A stretch of DNA of 43,146 nucleotides from Octopus bimaculoides (GCF_001194135.2 NC_068982.1:52990189-53033334), one strand, 5' to 3'. Shown: positions 1 to 11,474, counted from the first letter of the stretch. Program-made: numbers and translations. Notes: generated by a model not told the origin, from the letters alone.

Positions 1-221
1 CTGTGATACACGATCCCTATTGATCGCTTTTTTTTTTCTCGATCCCTTTTGATCGAACTCCCCCCTTTTTCCCTTCCTACGATCCCTTTTGATCGACACA
101 CCCCTGCTTTTCTTTTTTTTTCTTTTTTTTCTTTTTTTTTCCTTCCCCCCTCCCAAAAAGAAAAGCTCTACATTGTATTTGTCCCATCTTTGTTGAGCCC
201 TGTGTGGCTAATAAAAGAAAT

Positions 222-237
222 GTATCTATCTATCTAC

Positions 238-292
<55 letters not shown>
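222..292. repeat. (TCTA)n microsatellite
   Basis: Direct tetranucleotide tandem repeat, followed by (CA)/(TACA) runs. Confidence 0.97.
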
Positions 293-293
<1 letters not shown>

Positions 294-680
294 GCACACA
301 CACACTCACACACCCACATATACATACATACATACATACATATGAGTAGTATGTTCGTATGCATATGTGTTGATGTGTGGTGTGGCGTGGTGTATGTGTG
401 TGTATGTGTTATGACGTGAGTTTTCCTTACAACAATAACCATGATCTATGTCGAACACTTCTAGTACACGGAATGAAATGAAATAAATTGGCATATATGT
501 ACATACATTTATATCTGTGGGCACGCTCGTTGTATGTGTGAGTGCGCGCGCGTGTGAGTGTATGTATGCGTTTCTGTATACAATCATGTATTAGGGAACG
601 TTTACAAACGAAGTCGAGATGGACTGTATATATTTGATTAGCAACTGAAATTTCTTCAGTTGTTACCGACACACACGCGC

Positions 681-720
<40 letters not shown>

Positions 721-734
721 CACAACATATGAAT

Positions 735-1415
735 GTGACAAAGTTTGATAAGTGCCATGTACGTAACTCTGGGTCTTTGACTCACTTTATTCTACCGGAC
801 TCCACTACCGACAGCGACAAATGCAGAATGTGTAGGAAGAGGAGTGAAACGCTATGGTACATCGTTAGAGAATGCCCGAAATTGGCGCAACGCGAATTCA
901 AAAGACGACATGACGATGTGGCAAGAATGATCCATTGGGAGCTCTGTGGAAATCATGGCCTACAATGAGCAAAGACGTGGTATGAGAAAACCCCAGGAGT
1001 CACTGAGAATGAAGATTGCAAAACCCTGTGGAGTGCAATAATTTAGTGCGATCACTTGACTCAACATCGGAAACCGGACATTGCTGTAGTGAAAAAAAAA
1101 GGGGAAAAAGCATGCATGATAATCGACATAGCATGTCTCGGTTGACAACAGGATCAAAGGTTGTGGTCAATGAGGAGAGTAGACGTGATACCATTAGTAA
1201 TTGGCACACTTTGAATTATCAGCACTGAACTACCAACATGGCTCAAAAAGACAGGTACAAATGTAAAAGTAGAACACCAACAAAGATCAGCATTGCTTGG
1301 AACTGCAGCAATTATTTGCAGGGTTCTTGAAGTAAACAAGTATCACCTTAATCTGCTAGCTGTGGACAGCTGACATTTTCCATCATACCCAGCGAAATAA
1401 GTTGAGATTTCATCA

Positions 1416-1416
<1 letters not shown>
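735..1416 (+). mobile_element. R4/Dong-like RLE non-LTR retrotransposon, 5'-truncated 3' fragment (family 1)
   Basis: Frame-broken translation gives CRMCRKRSETLWYIVREC (CCHC knuckle, H replaced by Y), RRHDDVARMIHWELC, WYEKTP..ENEDCKTLW and HRKPDIAVV..IIDIA (PD-(D/E)xK nuclease), then LGTAAIICRVLE. A short 3' UTR runs into (TAA)n. Confidence 0.88.
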
Positions 1417-1456
<40 letters not shown>

Positions 1457-1481
1457 TAATAATAATAATAATAATAATAAT
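1416..1481. repeat. (TAA)n tract
   Basis: Direct trinucleotide repeat at the 3' end of the RLE fragment. Confidence 0.97.
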
Positions 1482-2020
1482 ATGCCCTGGTGCAGTATCA
1501 GGCAGTGGCCCTCATGGCTTCTGATAGTAACTGATTGGAAGTGTTATCGTGTACTTTGTTTTGTCTTGGTATAAAAGATGGGCTACAGCAAATATTCTGC
1601 TCAGTACCACAGATTTTCTTGTCAGTTGCTTGACCGTAACCAGTTGAGCCTGTCCCTTAGTGGCTGACGATATGTGCATCTCTGATTACGAGCAGAAGTA
1701 GTGTGAGAGCATCATAGCCATATGTTGAGAGGAATTCTTTGGAGTTTGGATAATTCACCTTTGGAAACATGGGTGTTTTGTTCAACATCCTTAAACAATC
1801 CTTATTCAGGGACCTTTAGAGCGGGATGGGCTACTCGACTCGAAGAAAATTCTAATGTCTTGCGCTGTTTACCTTGCTATGAGATCACTATGTCGCACAC
1901 ATATGGTTGTGATGCATGTGCCTGGTGTACCCTTATCAGACGAGTAATCATGATGGGTATACTGGGCTTCGTATATTTTACCCTAGCGTCACTTTGATGG
2001 CATGCACTGCTCTCTCACTC
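1482..2020 (+). mobile_element. Non-coding ~550-bp interspersed element ending in (AAT)n, copy 1 (probable long 3' UTR or non-autonomous partner of a TAA-targeting element)
   Basis: Clearly homologous along its length to 2034-2626; both end GATGGCATGC(A/G)CTGCTCTCT(C/T)ACTC followed by AATAAT. No credible ORF. Confidence 0.7.
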
Positions 2021-2033
2021 AATAATAATAAAT

Positions 2034-2626
2034 GCATTGATGCAGTATCAGGCAATGATTCTCATAGCTCTTATGCCCTGATGCGGTACCAGGCAGTGGG
2101 TCTCATCGCTTCTGATCTTAATTGATCGGAAGTTTAACAATGTATATGTCTTGTCTAGGTGCAAAAGATGGGCTACAACAAATATTCTGCTCAATACCAC
2201 AGATTTGCCTGTCAGTTGTTTGACCTTAACCAGTTGAGCATGTTCCTTAGTGGCTGACGATATGTGCATCTCTGATCACGATCAGGAGAGCGAGGGGCAT
2301 TATAGCCGTATGTTGAGAGGGATTCTCTAAGGCTGGAGTAATTCACCTCTGGAAACATAGATGTTTCGTTCATCATTCTTAAACAAACTTTATTCAGCGA
2401 CCTTTTGAGCGTGATGGGCTACTCGACTTGAAGAAAATTCTAACTGGGACCTACCTGCAAGGTTATTAGCTGTTTATCTTGATATGAGGTCACCATGTCA
2501 CGCACATATGGTTATGATGCATGTTCCTGGTGTAATCTTATCAAATCGGTAGTCATGGTGGGTATATCAGGCGGTGTCTATTGGTACTCCAGTTTGACTG
2601 TGATGGCATGCGCTGCTCTCTTACTC
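2034..2626 (+). mobile_element. Non-coding ~590-bp element ending in (AAT)n, copy 2
   Basis: Diverged direct copy of 1482-2020 with an extra 5' subrepeat (TGCAGTATCAGGCA..TCTCAT..CT twice). Confidence 0.7.
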
Positions 2627-2709
2627 AATAATAATAATAATAACAACAACAACAACAACAACAACAATAATAATAATAATAGTAATAATAATAACAACAA
2701 CAACAACAG

Positions 2710-2751
<42 letters not shown>

Positions 2752-2768
2752 TGATAATGATGATGATG

Positions 2769-2825
<57 letters not shown>

Positions 2826-2852
2826 TTAATAACAATGATAATGATGATGATG

Positions 2853-2910
<58 letters not shown>

Positions 2911-2927
2911 TGATAATGATGATGATG

Positions 2928-2984
<57 letters not shown>

Positions 2985-3015
2985 TTAATAACAATGATAA
3001 TGATGATGGTGATGG
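2627..3015. repeat. Compound (AAT/AAC/GAT)n microsatellite with higher-order blocks
   Basis: Runs of (AAT)n interrupted four times by AACAATGATAAT(GAT)n. Confidence 0.96.
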
Positions 3016-3521
3016 TAAGATGGTATAAGCACACCTCAGAAAAAGTCTCAGAAAATAAGAAAGCGTCCATACTCTAGGATACGTCAATACACAGAGACAG
3101 AGAAATCAAGGTTAATGGACCAGATATCATCAAGAAAAAATGTCTTTTAATCGATCTATTAATACCAACAGATGACAATGTATCTTTAAAAAAAACAGAG
3201 AAACTCTCAAAATACAAAAATCTGAAAATAGAAGTAACTCGAATGTGGAGCCTAGAAGCAGAATCAGTCCCTATAATAATATAATAATAGGTGCATTAAG
3301 TATGGTTAAAAAGCATTCAGATAAATACATAGCCAAAACACCAGGACTTACGAATGTATATAGCATACAGAAAATAGCATTTATAGGCACCACGCACATC
3401 CGACGTAAAGCACTTTCAATGCAGTGGAAATAAGAGCACCACGACAAACCACAGCACGTACCCAAGGCACACAGAGCGGCGCTCGGTAGTGCAGTGAAAG
3501 CACGTGATAAACATAAAACTA

Positions 3522-3524
<3 letters not shown>
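3016..3524 (+). mobile_element. R4/Dong-like RLE retrotransposon 3' fragment (family 2)
   Basis: WYKHTSEKVSENKKASIL*DTSIHRDREIKVNGPDII..CLLIDLLIPTD..EKLSKYKNLKIEVTRMW..VPIIIIIGALSMV..IQKIAFIGTTHIRRKAL, then a 3' UTR ending in (AAT)n. Confidence 0.88.
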
Positions 3525-3584
<60 letters not shown>

Positions 3585-3610
3585 GATAATGATAATAATA
3601 ATGATGATGA
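3525..3610. repeat. (AAT)n tract
   Basis: Direct repeat after RLE family 2. Confidence 0.96.
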
Positions 3611-3611
3611 T

Positions 3612-3848
3612 TCCGTGTCTTGCGAGTTACTTGGTTACCCTGCCAGTGCTGATGCCACGTCAGAAGCATCCAATCCACACTGTAACGTGGTTGGCTTGGT
3701 GTTTGGAAGGGCATCTAGCCGTAAAATCCCTACCAAAACAGACACAGTAACTTAGAGAAGTTTTTTTTTTATCTGGCCGGCTCCTGTCAACCGTGTTATC
3801 CATGCATGCATGGAAGATGGACGTTAAACGATGACGATGATGATGATG
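3612..3848 (+). mobile_element. Retroposon 3' end with (GAT)n tail (RTE-type LINE/SINE tail)
   Basis: GGAAGGGCATCTAGCCGTAAAA...CATGGAAGATGGACGTTAAACGATGACGATGATG resembles RTE-associated tails; family assignment is from recall only. Confidence 0.5.
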
Positions 3849-4123
3849 AGGATACATATATATATATATATATATATATGTAGTTTTGTACATCTTACTT
3901 AACTTGTATATACTGTAGAAAACCACAGAAATGCGGTATTCGTCTCGAGAAAGCATCTTGTATAGACATATAGTTCTAAAAAGAAAAATATCAGTAATAG
4001 ACGAAAAGCGTCCAGCAGTGACATTAAGTATGATATACAAAATGCTATTGATAAATAACGAATACTTATATATATACATCTATATATACATTTATATATA
4101 CATACATATATAATACATATATA

Positions 4124-5240
4124 ATAGGTTGTCCGGAAAGTTCTGAGCGTTTTTAAGCTAAATCTTTTAACGCTTCATGGAACTCACCTGAACCGTAACA
4201 GTTAAAACTTTGGCATTGCTTGAAGTGGTAGTGTAACTCTTCTTTGTTCCTGACTAAAAATAGATTTATCTTTCATTCGGTTACCCTTTATTGACATTTG
4301 AAATGGATAACCAAACATTTCATATTCACGTTATAATGTTTTTTTCTTTTTTTAAAAAGGAGAAAATGCTGCAAAAACTTGCAAAAACATTTGAGAAGTT
4401 TATGGTGATGATGCTGTAGGTGAATCAACTGTTCGAAGGTAGTTTGCAAAATTTGAAGTTGAAGAGTTTAGCTCGGAAAATGATAGTCGCAGGGGAAGAC
4501 CTTCAAATTTGGATGAAGATGTTTAGAAGGCAAAAATGGAAGAAAACTCAAATATCACGACTAGAGAATTTGCAGAGGAGTTGGAAGTTTCTAAAAGTAC
4601 AGCTCATGAACACCTAGTGAAGCTAAGATACATTTCTTGCTATAATGTATGGGTCACTCGGAAACTCTCAGAAAATATTTGCCTGGACTGCTATTCCGTT
4701 TGTGATATGTTTTTGAAACGGAAAGAAAGCATGCCTTTTTTATACAACTTGTGACTGGGGGTGAAAAATGGATTGCGAACGAAAACGTAGTGCGAAAAAG
4801 GTCCTGAAGTTTGTGTAAGGATACCCCAGAATAGCAACTAAAGACGAATATCTATGCCAAGAAAGCTATGCTTTGTGTTTAGTGGGATTATAAAGGAATT
4901 ATTTATTATGAGCTTGTCCCACAAAACCAGCTGGCTAATTTGAATTTAAAAAATCAAAGAATTGAGGCCGGGGATTGCCAACAGGAAAGGGGTAGGGTGC
5001 CTACAAGAATCTGCCCAACCAAATGTATCTTTGATTACCCGAACAAGTTACATCAATTTGTCTGGGATCTCTTACCCCGTCTACCATACTCTCCTGATAT
5101 TGCGCCATCCGACTACCACTTATTTTTGTCTCTACAAAACTCATTGCAAGGAAAGACATTTAACGATTTAGTTGGAATCAAAATTAATCTAGATAACTTT
5201 TATCTTCAAAACCAGTCAAATTTTATGTTGATGGAATTGG
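4124..5240 (+). mobile_element. mariner transposon relic (defective transposase, 3' end missing)
   Basis: TIR-like ATAGGTTGTCCGGAAAGTT after a TA run. ATG at 4303; EVYGDDAVGESTVRR*F, RRGRP, ITTREFAEELEVS, WVTRKL, VTGGEKW, RPGIANRKGV and LPYSPDIAPSDYHLFLSLQN are recognisable, with many stops and frameshifts. Confidence 0.92.
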
Positions 5241-5451
5241 GGCATTGTTCACCGTTACAGGCGTTGCATTTGCTAATAGGATTTACGAAATTGTACACGA
5301 AGGAAAAAAAACATGTAAGATTTTTTCTATTAGAAGTTCTTAAGACAGCGAATCAAATAATAGGTGATTCACGAGGACACAGCTTGGATTATAACTTGAA
5401 CTACATACCACGCACACACACACACACAACATATATATATGTATATATATA

Positions 5452-6193
5452 NNNNNNNNNNNNNNNNNNNNNNNNNNNNNNNNNNNNNNNNNNNNNNNNN
5501 NNNNNNNNNNNNNNNNNNNNNNNNNNNNNNNNNNNNNNNNNNNNNNNNNNNNNNNNNNNNNNNNNNNNNNNNNNNNNNNNNNNNNNNNNNNNNNNNNNNN
5601 NNNNNNNNNNNNNNNNNNNNNNNNNNNNNNNNNNNNNNNNNNNNNNNNNNNNNNNNNNNNNNNNNNNNNNNNNNNNNNNNNNNNNNNNNNNNNNNNNNNN
5701 NNNNNNNNNNNNNNNNNNNNNNNNNNNNNNNNNNNNNNNNNNNNNNNNNNNNNNNNNNNNNNNNNNNNNNNNNNNNNNNNNNNNNNNNNNNNNNNNNNNN
5801 NNNNNNNNNNNNNNNNNNNNNNNNNNNNNNNNNNNNNNNNNNNNNNNNNNNNNNNNNNNNNNNNNNNNNNNNNNNNNNNNNNNNNNNNNNNNNNNNNNNN
5901 NNNNNNNNNNNNNNNNNNNNNNNNNNNNNNNNNNNNNNNNNNNNNNNNNNNNNNNNNNNNNNNNNNNNNNNNNNNNNNNNNNNNNNNNNNNNNNNNNNNN
6001 NNNNNNNNNNNNNNNNNNNNNNNNNNNNNNNNNNNNNNNNNNNNNNNNNNNNNNNNNNNNNNNNNNNNNNNNNNNNNNNNNNNNNNNNNNNNNNNNNNNN
6101 NNNNNNNNNNNNNNNNNNNNNNNNNNNNNNNNNNNNNNNNNNNNNNNNNNNNNNNNNNNNNNNNNNNNNNNNNNNNNNNNNNNNNNNNNNNNN
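5452..6193. other. Assembly gap
   Basis: N run. Other gaps: 12737-12963, 14258-15064, 20566-20575, 24862-25796, 29722-30201, 31777-32327, 38154-38928. Confidence 1.
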
Positions 6194-6844
6194 GGAAATG
6201 AGAAAGGGGCGTGTTGTTGACAGAAAATCACAGCCCTTTTCCTGAATTTTTTGTCAAAAGTAGCGTGACACAACATAGTGTAGTTTTGTATGTACTTGAA
6301 GAAAGAAAAGGAGAGAAAGAAGGGGAGAAGTGAGAGATAGGGAGGGGGTGAAGAGAGAGGTAGAAATTGAATAGGATATTGAAAAGGTTATAATGTTGCC
6401 AAAATAGTTTTCTGTATATGTGAAAGAATCCCTTAAATTAATGAAATGTTTTCGTGCCAGTTGCCATTTGGTTTTGATCTGAATCTCCAAGCCTTTATAA
6501 ACTTTTAATCAAAGCAGTTCTGCTGCCAAGTAAATGGAACTGGGAATATTACGAATATTGTTAAAAGTAAAGCTTTGAATTATCGATGTGGATATAAATT
6601 CACCGTATTTTATACAGTCGATACAACGCCTGTGTTTTAATACTAACATTTGTGTTAATGTCTTCCAAAGAAGAATTCAAAATCCACTTCATTGCACAAA
6701 CGTGGTAAAATTCGTCGCTCGTAATTTCAATTTTCTTGAGTTATAAGATGTTTAATAACTGGCACAATATCACTGATAGTTGTAAATCTGTCACCTTCGT
6801 TTAGGTTAGTTTCTAATTAGTGTGGTTCTCTTGTCTGCTTTTAG

Positions 6845-7027
6845 AGAAACCCGGCGTCCAAACAGCCAGGTGATCGGGACAGGTTGAGATCTCTCGGCGA
6901 ACGGAAATCGGGACCTGAAGACGAAATAACAAACCCTAAAAGTCTTCAAGGAGATTTTGAACGATTTCAAACAAATATTCAAAAATTTCAAAGAAACATT
7001 TCACAATGTGAAGAGAAACATGACATG
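6845..7027 (+). CDS. Candidate coding exon (61 codons, phase 0-0), unknown protein
   Basis: Branch-like TTCTAAT plus pyrimidine tract and TTTTAG acceptor; open frame RNPASKQPGDRDRLRSLGERKSGPEDEITNPKSLQGDFERFQTNIQKFQRNISQCEEKHDM; donor ATG|GTAGGT. No family recognised. Confidence 0.45.
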
Positions 7028-7713
7028 GTAGGTGAAATTTCACCCAGGTTGGTGACGAATTATTCTGGCGTAGTGATCAATCTCTTCTTTTATTTACACA
7101 TATACATTCTATAAAGATAAAATGCATATAGATAATATAAACATAGATTTTCTCACGTTCGTCGTCTTACGGAGTTGAGTAAATTATATATTGCCTATTA
7201 CTATTGTTTTATTGATTTGCAAAAGACAAGAATTACATACGGCTTAACAAGAACAGTCAATGCTTATGAAGGTCAGCAACCTATGATTGGTAGTGACTAG
7301 ATTTAACTCGTACCAACATAGAAATATTCTGGAGGGCACATATATATTACTAAGTCAAATTCGATAAAAATGTAAATTTGGTAACTTCTACATACATAAG
7401 GTTTGGTATCTATGTACGGAAAATATATAACCCAATACATATTAAGGGATATAAAATAAATCCTTCTCTGTCTGACTCCCTGTCTGTCTGTTTCACTCAC
7501 ACTCTCTTTGTCTCTGTCTCCCTCTCTCCCTGCCTCGTTACACAAATACATAATCCTGTATAAGCGAATACACTGGGATTTAGAAACAGAAGAAAAATAA
7601 GCTCTGGATATAGTAGATTTTAATATATTTTAGTATTTTATATATTTATATATTCAGATATTATATATTTATACATTTAATATATTTTAGTATTTAATGT
7701 ATTTAATAATTGT

Positions 7714-7954
7714 TGTGCGAAAGTACGACGCCCCCTTGTAAGAATGGACTGGACCACTACTATTTATATGTAGTGGTCTGAGTAAGTGGAATAGTTCCAC
7801 AGTTCGTGTGCCGATAGTCAAAGTTGGAGTTAACGTGTTGGATTGTTAGTTCTTAAAAGATTGTTGTTACGTTGCGTGTGGTTACTGCCATTTGTTTCAA
7901 TTATATTGTTATTACACTGTTACAGTGTATTCATTTGTCCATAAGGATATAACT
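7714..7954 (+). repeat. 5' LTR
   Basis: Shares its first ~75 nt with 9833 onward; ends just before the PBS-like motif. Confidence 0.8.
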
Positions 7955-9832
7955 TCTGACGGCGAGGATCGTTCGAAACTCACATTGGTTAGTTAACAAT
8001 TTCTGCGTCATGGCAAACTTATTAGCTGCAGTAGTACAGCTTCAAGAGAAGCACTAGGAACAACTACAGGAGTTGCAAAAATAAATACAACAACAACAAC
8101 AATTAATTGAGTTACAGTCAGCCAAGTCCGAAAATCTAGTGAATGAGTTTACGCCAGACGGCATGGCTAACACAATTTCTGAATTTACGTATAATCCGGA
8201 GGAGGGTATTACGTTTCCCGCGTATTATAGAAGATGCGAGGAATTTTTAACAACGAGTGCAAGTCATGGTTGTGGGAGCAGAAAATAAGGGTTTTACTAC
8301 GCAAGGTAGCTCCTGCCAAACATGAGCGTTACTGTAACTTTATTTTACCTAAAAAGTCGAGTGAGATTAGTTTCCAAGAAAACGTGGAATTGCTTTCAAA
8401 TTTTTTTTTTTTTTGTGATAGAAGTTCCTTGTTCAACACCAGAATGGAATGTTGGAACTTAACAAAAAATGAGGAGGAGGATTTTATCACCTACACTGGA
8501 GTAGTCAAACATATGTGCGAAAATTTCGAACTCTAGAATCTCACTCAGAATATGTTCAAATCACTTATCTTCGTGCAAGGACTTATAGCACCTGAAGATA
8601 GAGAAATTCGGGCAAGGATTCTCTCGAAAATGGAGCAAGCAAACCAAGATTTATCTCTACAGACCATCGCAGAAGAATGTCAGACAGTGGTAAATCTTAA
8701 ACATGATGTGAAAAAATACAAGACAAAGACTCTGCAAAAATTCAAATATGTCGTCCCAGGAAGCACAATCAAAGAAAGTGTCAGGCCCCAATCCAGGAAC
8801 GGCAAAGATGAAAGCACTAACGAGGAGTTATGTTTATTGGCCGTGTATGGATCGAGATATCGAAAACTTAGTGAGAACGTGCCGAAGTTGTGCGCTCGCA
8901 GTCAAAGCCCTACCGGTAAAATATCAATCGTGACCAGATACGGAGAACCCATGGTCTAGGTTACACATTGACTATGCCGGATCGATAAACGGCACTACTT
9001 AATCGTAGTAGACAGTTGTACTAAGTGGCCAGAGATTGCAGGTGTTATAGACCAACTTCTATAACAACTATAAAGTTCTTATATGAATTGTTTGCACGAT
9101 ACGGTGTCCCTGACACGCTAGGTTCAGACAACGGAACGCAGTTCTCTGGGTCTGAATTCAAGAACTTCTGTAAAAGGCATGCAATAAAGCATATTTTCAC
9201 TCCACCCTACCACCCAAAGTCAAACGGACAGGTAGAAATATTTGTGGACACCTTTTAGAGAGCGTTAAGAAAAGCGAGAAATGACTTAAGTAACGACGAA
9301 GCACTGACAAATTTCTTAAGAATATACGGAATGACCTCCGCCCCCCCCCCAATCCAAGTACAAATTCAGCGAAACCTCCCGCAGAATTGATATTCGCAAG
9401 AAGAATAAAATCTATTTTTGTTAAGCTATTACCCGAGAAAAAAAGATGTAAAGGAAAGATGCAAGAGCCAGCGAAATACGTCCAGGTAGGTGATAAAGTG
9501 CATTTCAAAACCTACAGAAACGGTAAAGAAGGCTGGGAAGATGGCCTTGCTACCAGAAAAATTAGAAGTATGGTGTATCGAATTAAAGGGTCACATGGTG
9601 AACATACGAGACATATAAACCAGGTAAGGAAGCGGTATACCCAAGAGCCGGAAGAAATTCCCATGGAAGTATTCTTTGAAATATTCGATGTACCGGTACC
9701 AAAAGTAATAGTCCTGTAGAACTGCATGAGAAAACGAAAGCAGTCCAAAGATCTTAAGAAAGAGCTACTAAAAATATAGTAAATAAAAGAATTTCTTTAT
9801 TCCTTTGAAACACGAAATCTCAAAAGGGGAGA

Positions 9833-10033
9833 TGTGCGAGAGTACGACACAGCCTAGCGAGAATGGACTGGACCACTACATATAAATGGTAGCGGTCTGA
9901 GTAAGTGAGGAAGTTCGTGGCAAATAAAGAAAAAGTTTGTGTCGGAGGGTAGTTCGTGCCAGTTCCGCTCTTAATAATCGGTTCATTTTTTTGTATTCAA
10001 AATTGGATTTAGCTGTTATTGGCTGTTGTAACA
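9833..10033 (+). repeat. 3' LTR
   Basis: Follows the PPT; TG start, TATAAAT, AATAAA, and a possible TGTAACA end. Confidence 0.75.
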
Positions 10034-10489
10034 CTTAAGGTATTGTTGAATTGTTGGCTGAAAATTTTTGCTGCTTGCGGGCATTGTTACAATGTTATGT
10101 GCCTCCCCTAAGGGGAAAGGATTTGAACTCGCATGTTAAAATATTTTGTGAACTGCTTTTTACCATAAAAATAATAGACTCGTCGGAGAATTATTACAAT
10201 TATTAAGAATTTTTTGAAAAAATTCAACATCAGATCAAATCCAACAATGAAATTAACAGTGAATACTGAGTTAAAAAGGAAGACTGAGGAAAAGAGAAAT
10301 TATGCTGACATAATGAATGTGTTGCATCAAAACGTAACGGTATCAAAAACCGACGACGAAGCTTGCTAAGGCATGCTTACAATTGATGGGGAAGATGTCC
10401 GCATCTGCTCCCAAAGTGAAATAACGATGCAGAGAAACAATAGAACTATTGTGTATAAATGCTTCGAGAGGAGAAAGCCGCGCTGCTAC

Positions 10490-10600
10490 AAATTAAATAA
10501 GTACCAGTTACGCACTGAGGTCGATGTAATCGACTTAACCCCTTCGTCTGTCCTTGTTTGTCCCCCCTATGGGCAATAAAGAAATAAATATTATAGAAGT
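10490..10600 (+). mobile_element. SINE A-related 3' fragment
   Basis: TAAGTACCAGTT..GGTCGATGTAATCGACT core of SINE A with a different tail. Confidence 0.6.
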
Positions 10601-10607
10601 AATATAA

Positions 10608-10818
10608 GGCGACGAGCTCTCGGAATCGTTAGCACGCCGGGCAAAATGCCTAGCAGCATTTCGTCCATCTTTACATTCTGAGTTCAAATTCCGCCAAAGT
10701 CGCCTTTGCCTTTCTAGATCGATAAAATATGTGCCAGTTGAACCCTGGGGTCGATGCACTCTACTTAACACTCTTCCCTGATATTGCTGGCCTTGCGCCA
10801 ACATTTGAAACCAATAAT
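10608..10818 (+). mobile_element. tRNA-derived SINE, family A
   Basis: Head GGCGACGAGCT..GGAATCGTTAGCACGCCGG, B-box GAGTTCAAATTCC, body GGGGTCGAT; many copies in the window. Confidence 0.85.
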
Positions 10819-11130
10819 ATACAAGTAATACAAAAAATGTATTACACCAATTTTCAGTTACATTTCTAAGTTACGAATTGTTTTTCATTTTAATCTTTAC
10901 AGACTGTTGTAAATTCATAAACTAAAGATATGCTTGTTTATATAAATGTATATGAATGTCAGCTAGCTAACAATGTGTACATGAAAAGGCTTGTGTGACA
11001 GTGGTGCTGGTGTAACTGGTATAAGTATTTTGTGTGTGCTAGAGTTCGTGTACTCCGAAGAAAAATTGAGATTCATCATTCTGTCGTGATTGGATACTTG
11101 TGGGTAAATCAAAGATAACAGCGTCGACGG

Positions 11131-11160
11131 ATGGCAGACAGTCTGATAGACCATACTAAG
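11131..11160 (+). CDS. Candidate first coding exon MADSLIDHTK
   Basis: ATG followed by 10 codons and a strong donor AAG|GTGAGC (phase 0, compatible with the phase-0 acceptor at 18678); TATAAAT at 10941. Short, so chance is possible. Confidence 0.3.
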
Positions 11161-11474
11161 GTGAGCTGCAATAGTAAACTTCCACGTTAATTGCAGCCAT
11201 ACAATTCCTTTTAGAATTAAAGGTGAGTTGCAAATGAATTCGCTGTCGTGATATAGATATTAGGTAGCTGTGTTCTGCACAGTTTGACGATTTAGGAAGA
11301 GCAGAAAATTGAAAGCAGTTTTCCATGGATTATCGCGAAGAGACAACCTACTTGTCAGAAATGACAATGTATAGAAACGTGTATTTGTTCATCGTTCTCT
11401 TGCTTGTCGGTTATGAGAACTTGTCGAAGATGCATTTCGAGTCGTTCGGCTAGGTTCTCTCTCTCTCTCTCTCT

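Larger units (their letters stand above)
7714..10033 (+). mobile_element. Ty3/Gypsy (Mag-like) LTR retrotransposon, internally deleted (gag joined to integrase; no PR/RT/RNase H)
   Basis: LTRs start TGTGCGA at 7714 and 9833; PBS-like TGACGGCGAGGAT at about 7957; PPT AAAAGGGGAGA before the 3' LTR. Gag (FTYNPEEGITFPAYYRR, LLRKV..HERYCNFILPK, FKSLIFVQGL) and integrase (PGTAKMKALTRSYVYWP..CRSC, RLHIDYAG, SDNGTQF, PPYHPKSNGQVE). The 3' boundary is uncertain (10033 to about 10120). Confidence 0.9.

Noticed and set aside
2495-3087. Poly-Asn / poly-Ile / poly-Leu ORFs
   Set aside because: These are translations of the (AAT/GAT)n microsatellite.
4940-6276. Long ORFs of 200-430 aa here and at other gaps
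   Set aside because: Their length comes from N runs translated as X.
7226-7301. Possible terminal exon TRITYGLTRTVNAYEGQQPMIGSD* following the 6845 exon
   Set aside because: In phase, but the acceptor (GCAAAAG) is poor and the frame is short enough to be chance.
10247-10369. 40-aa ORF MKLTVNTELKRK...
   Set aside because: No splice or promoter support and no recognisable motif.
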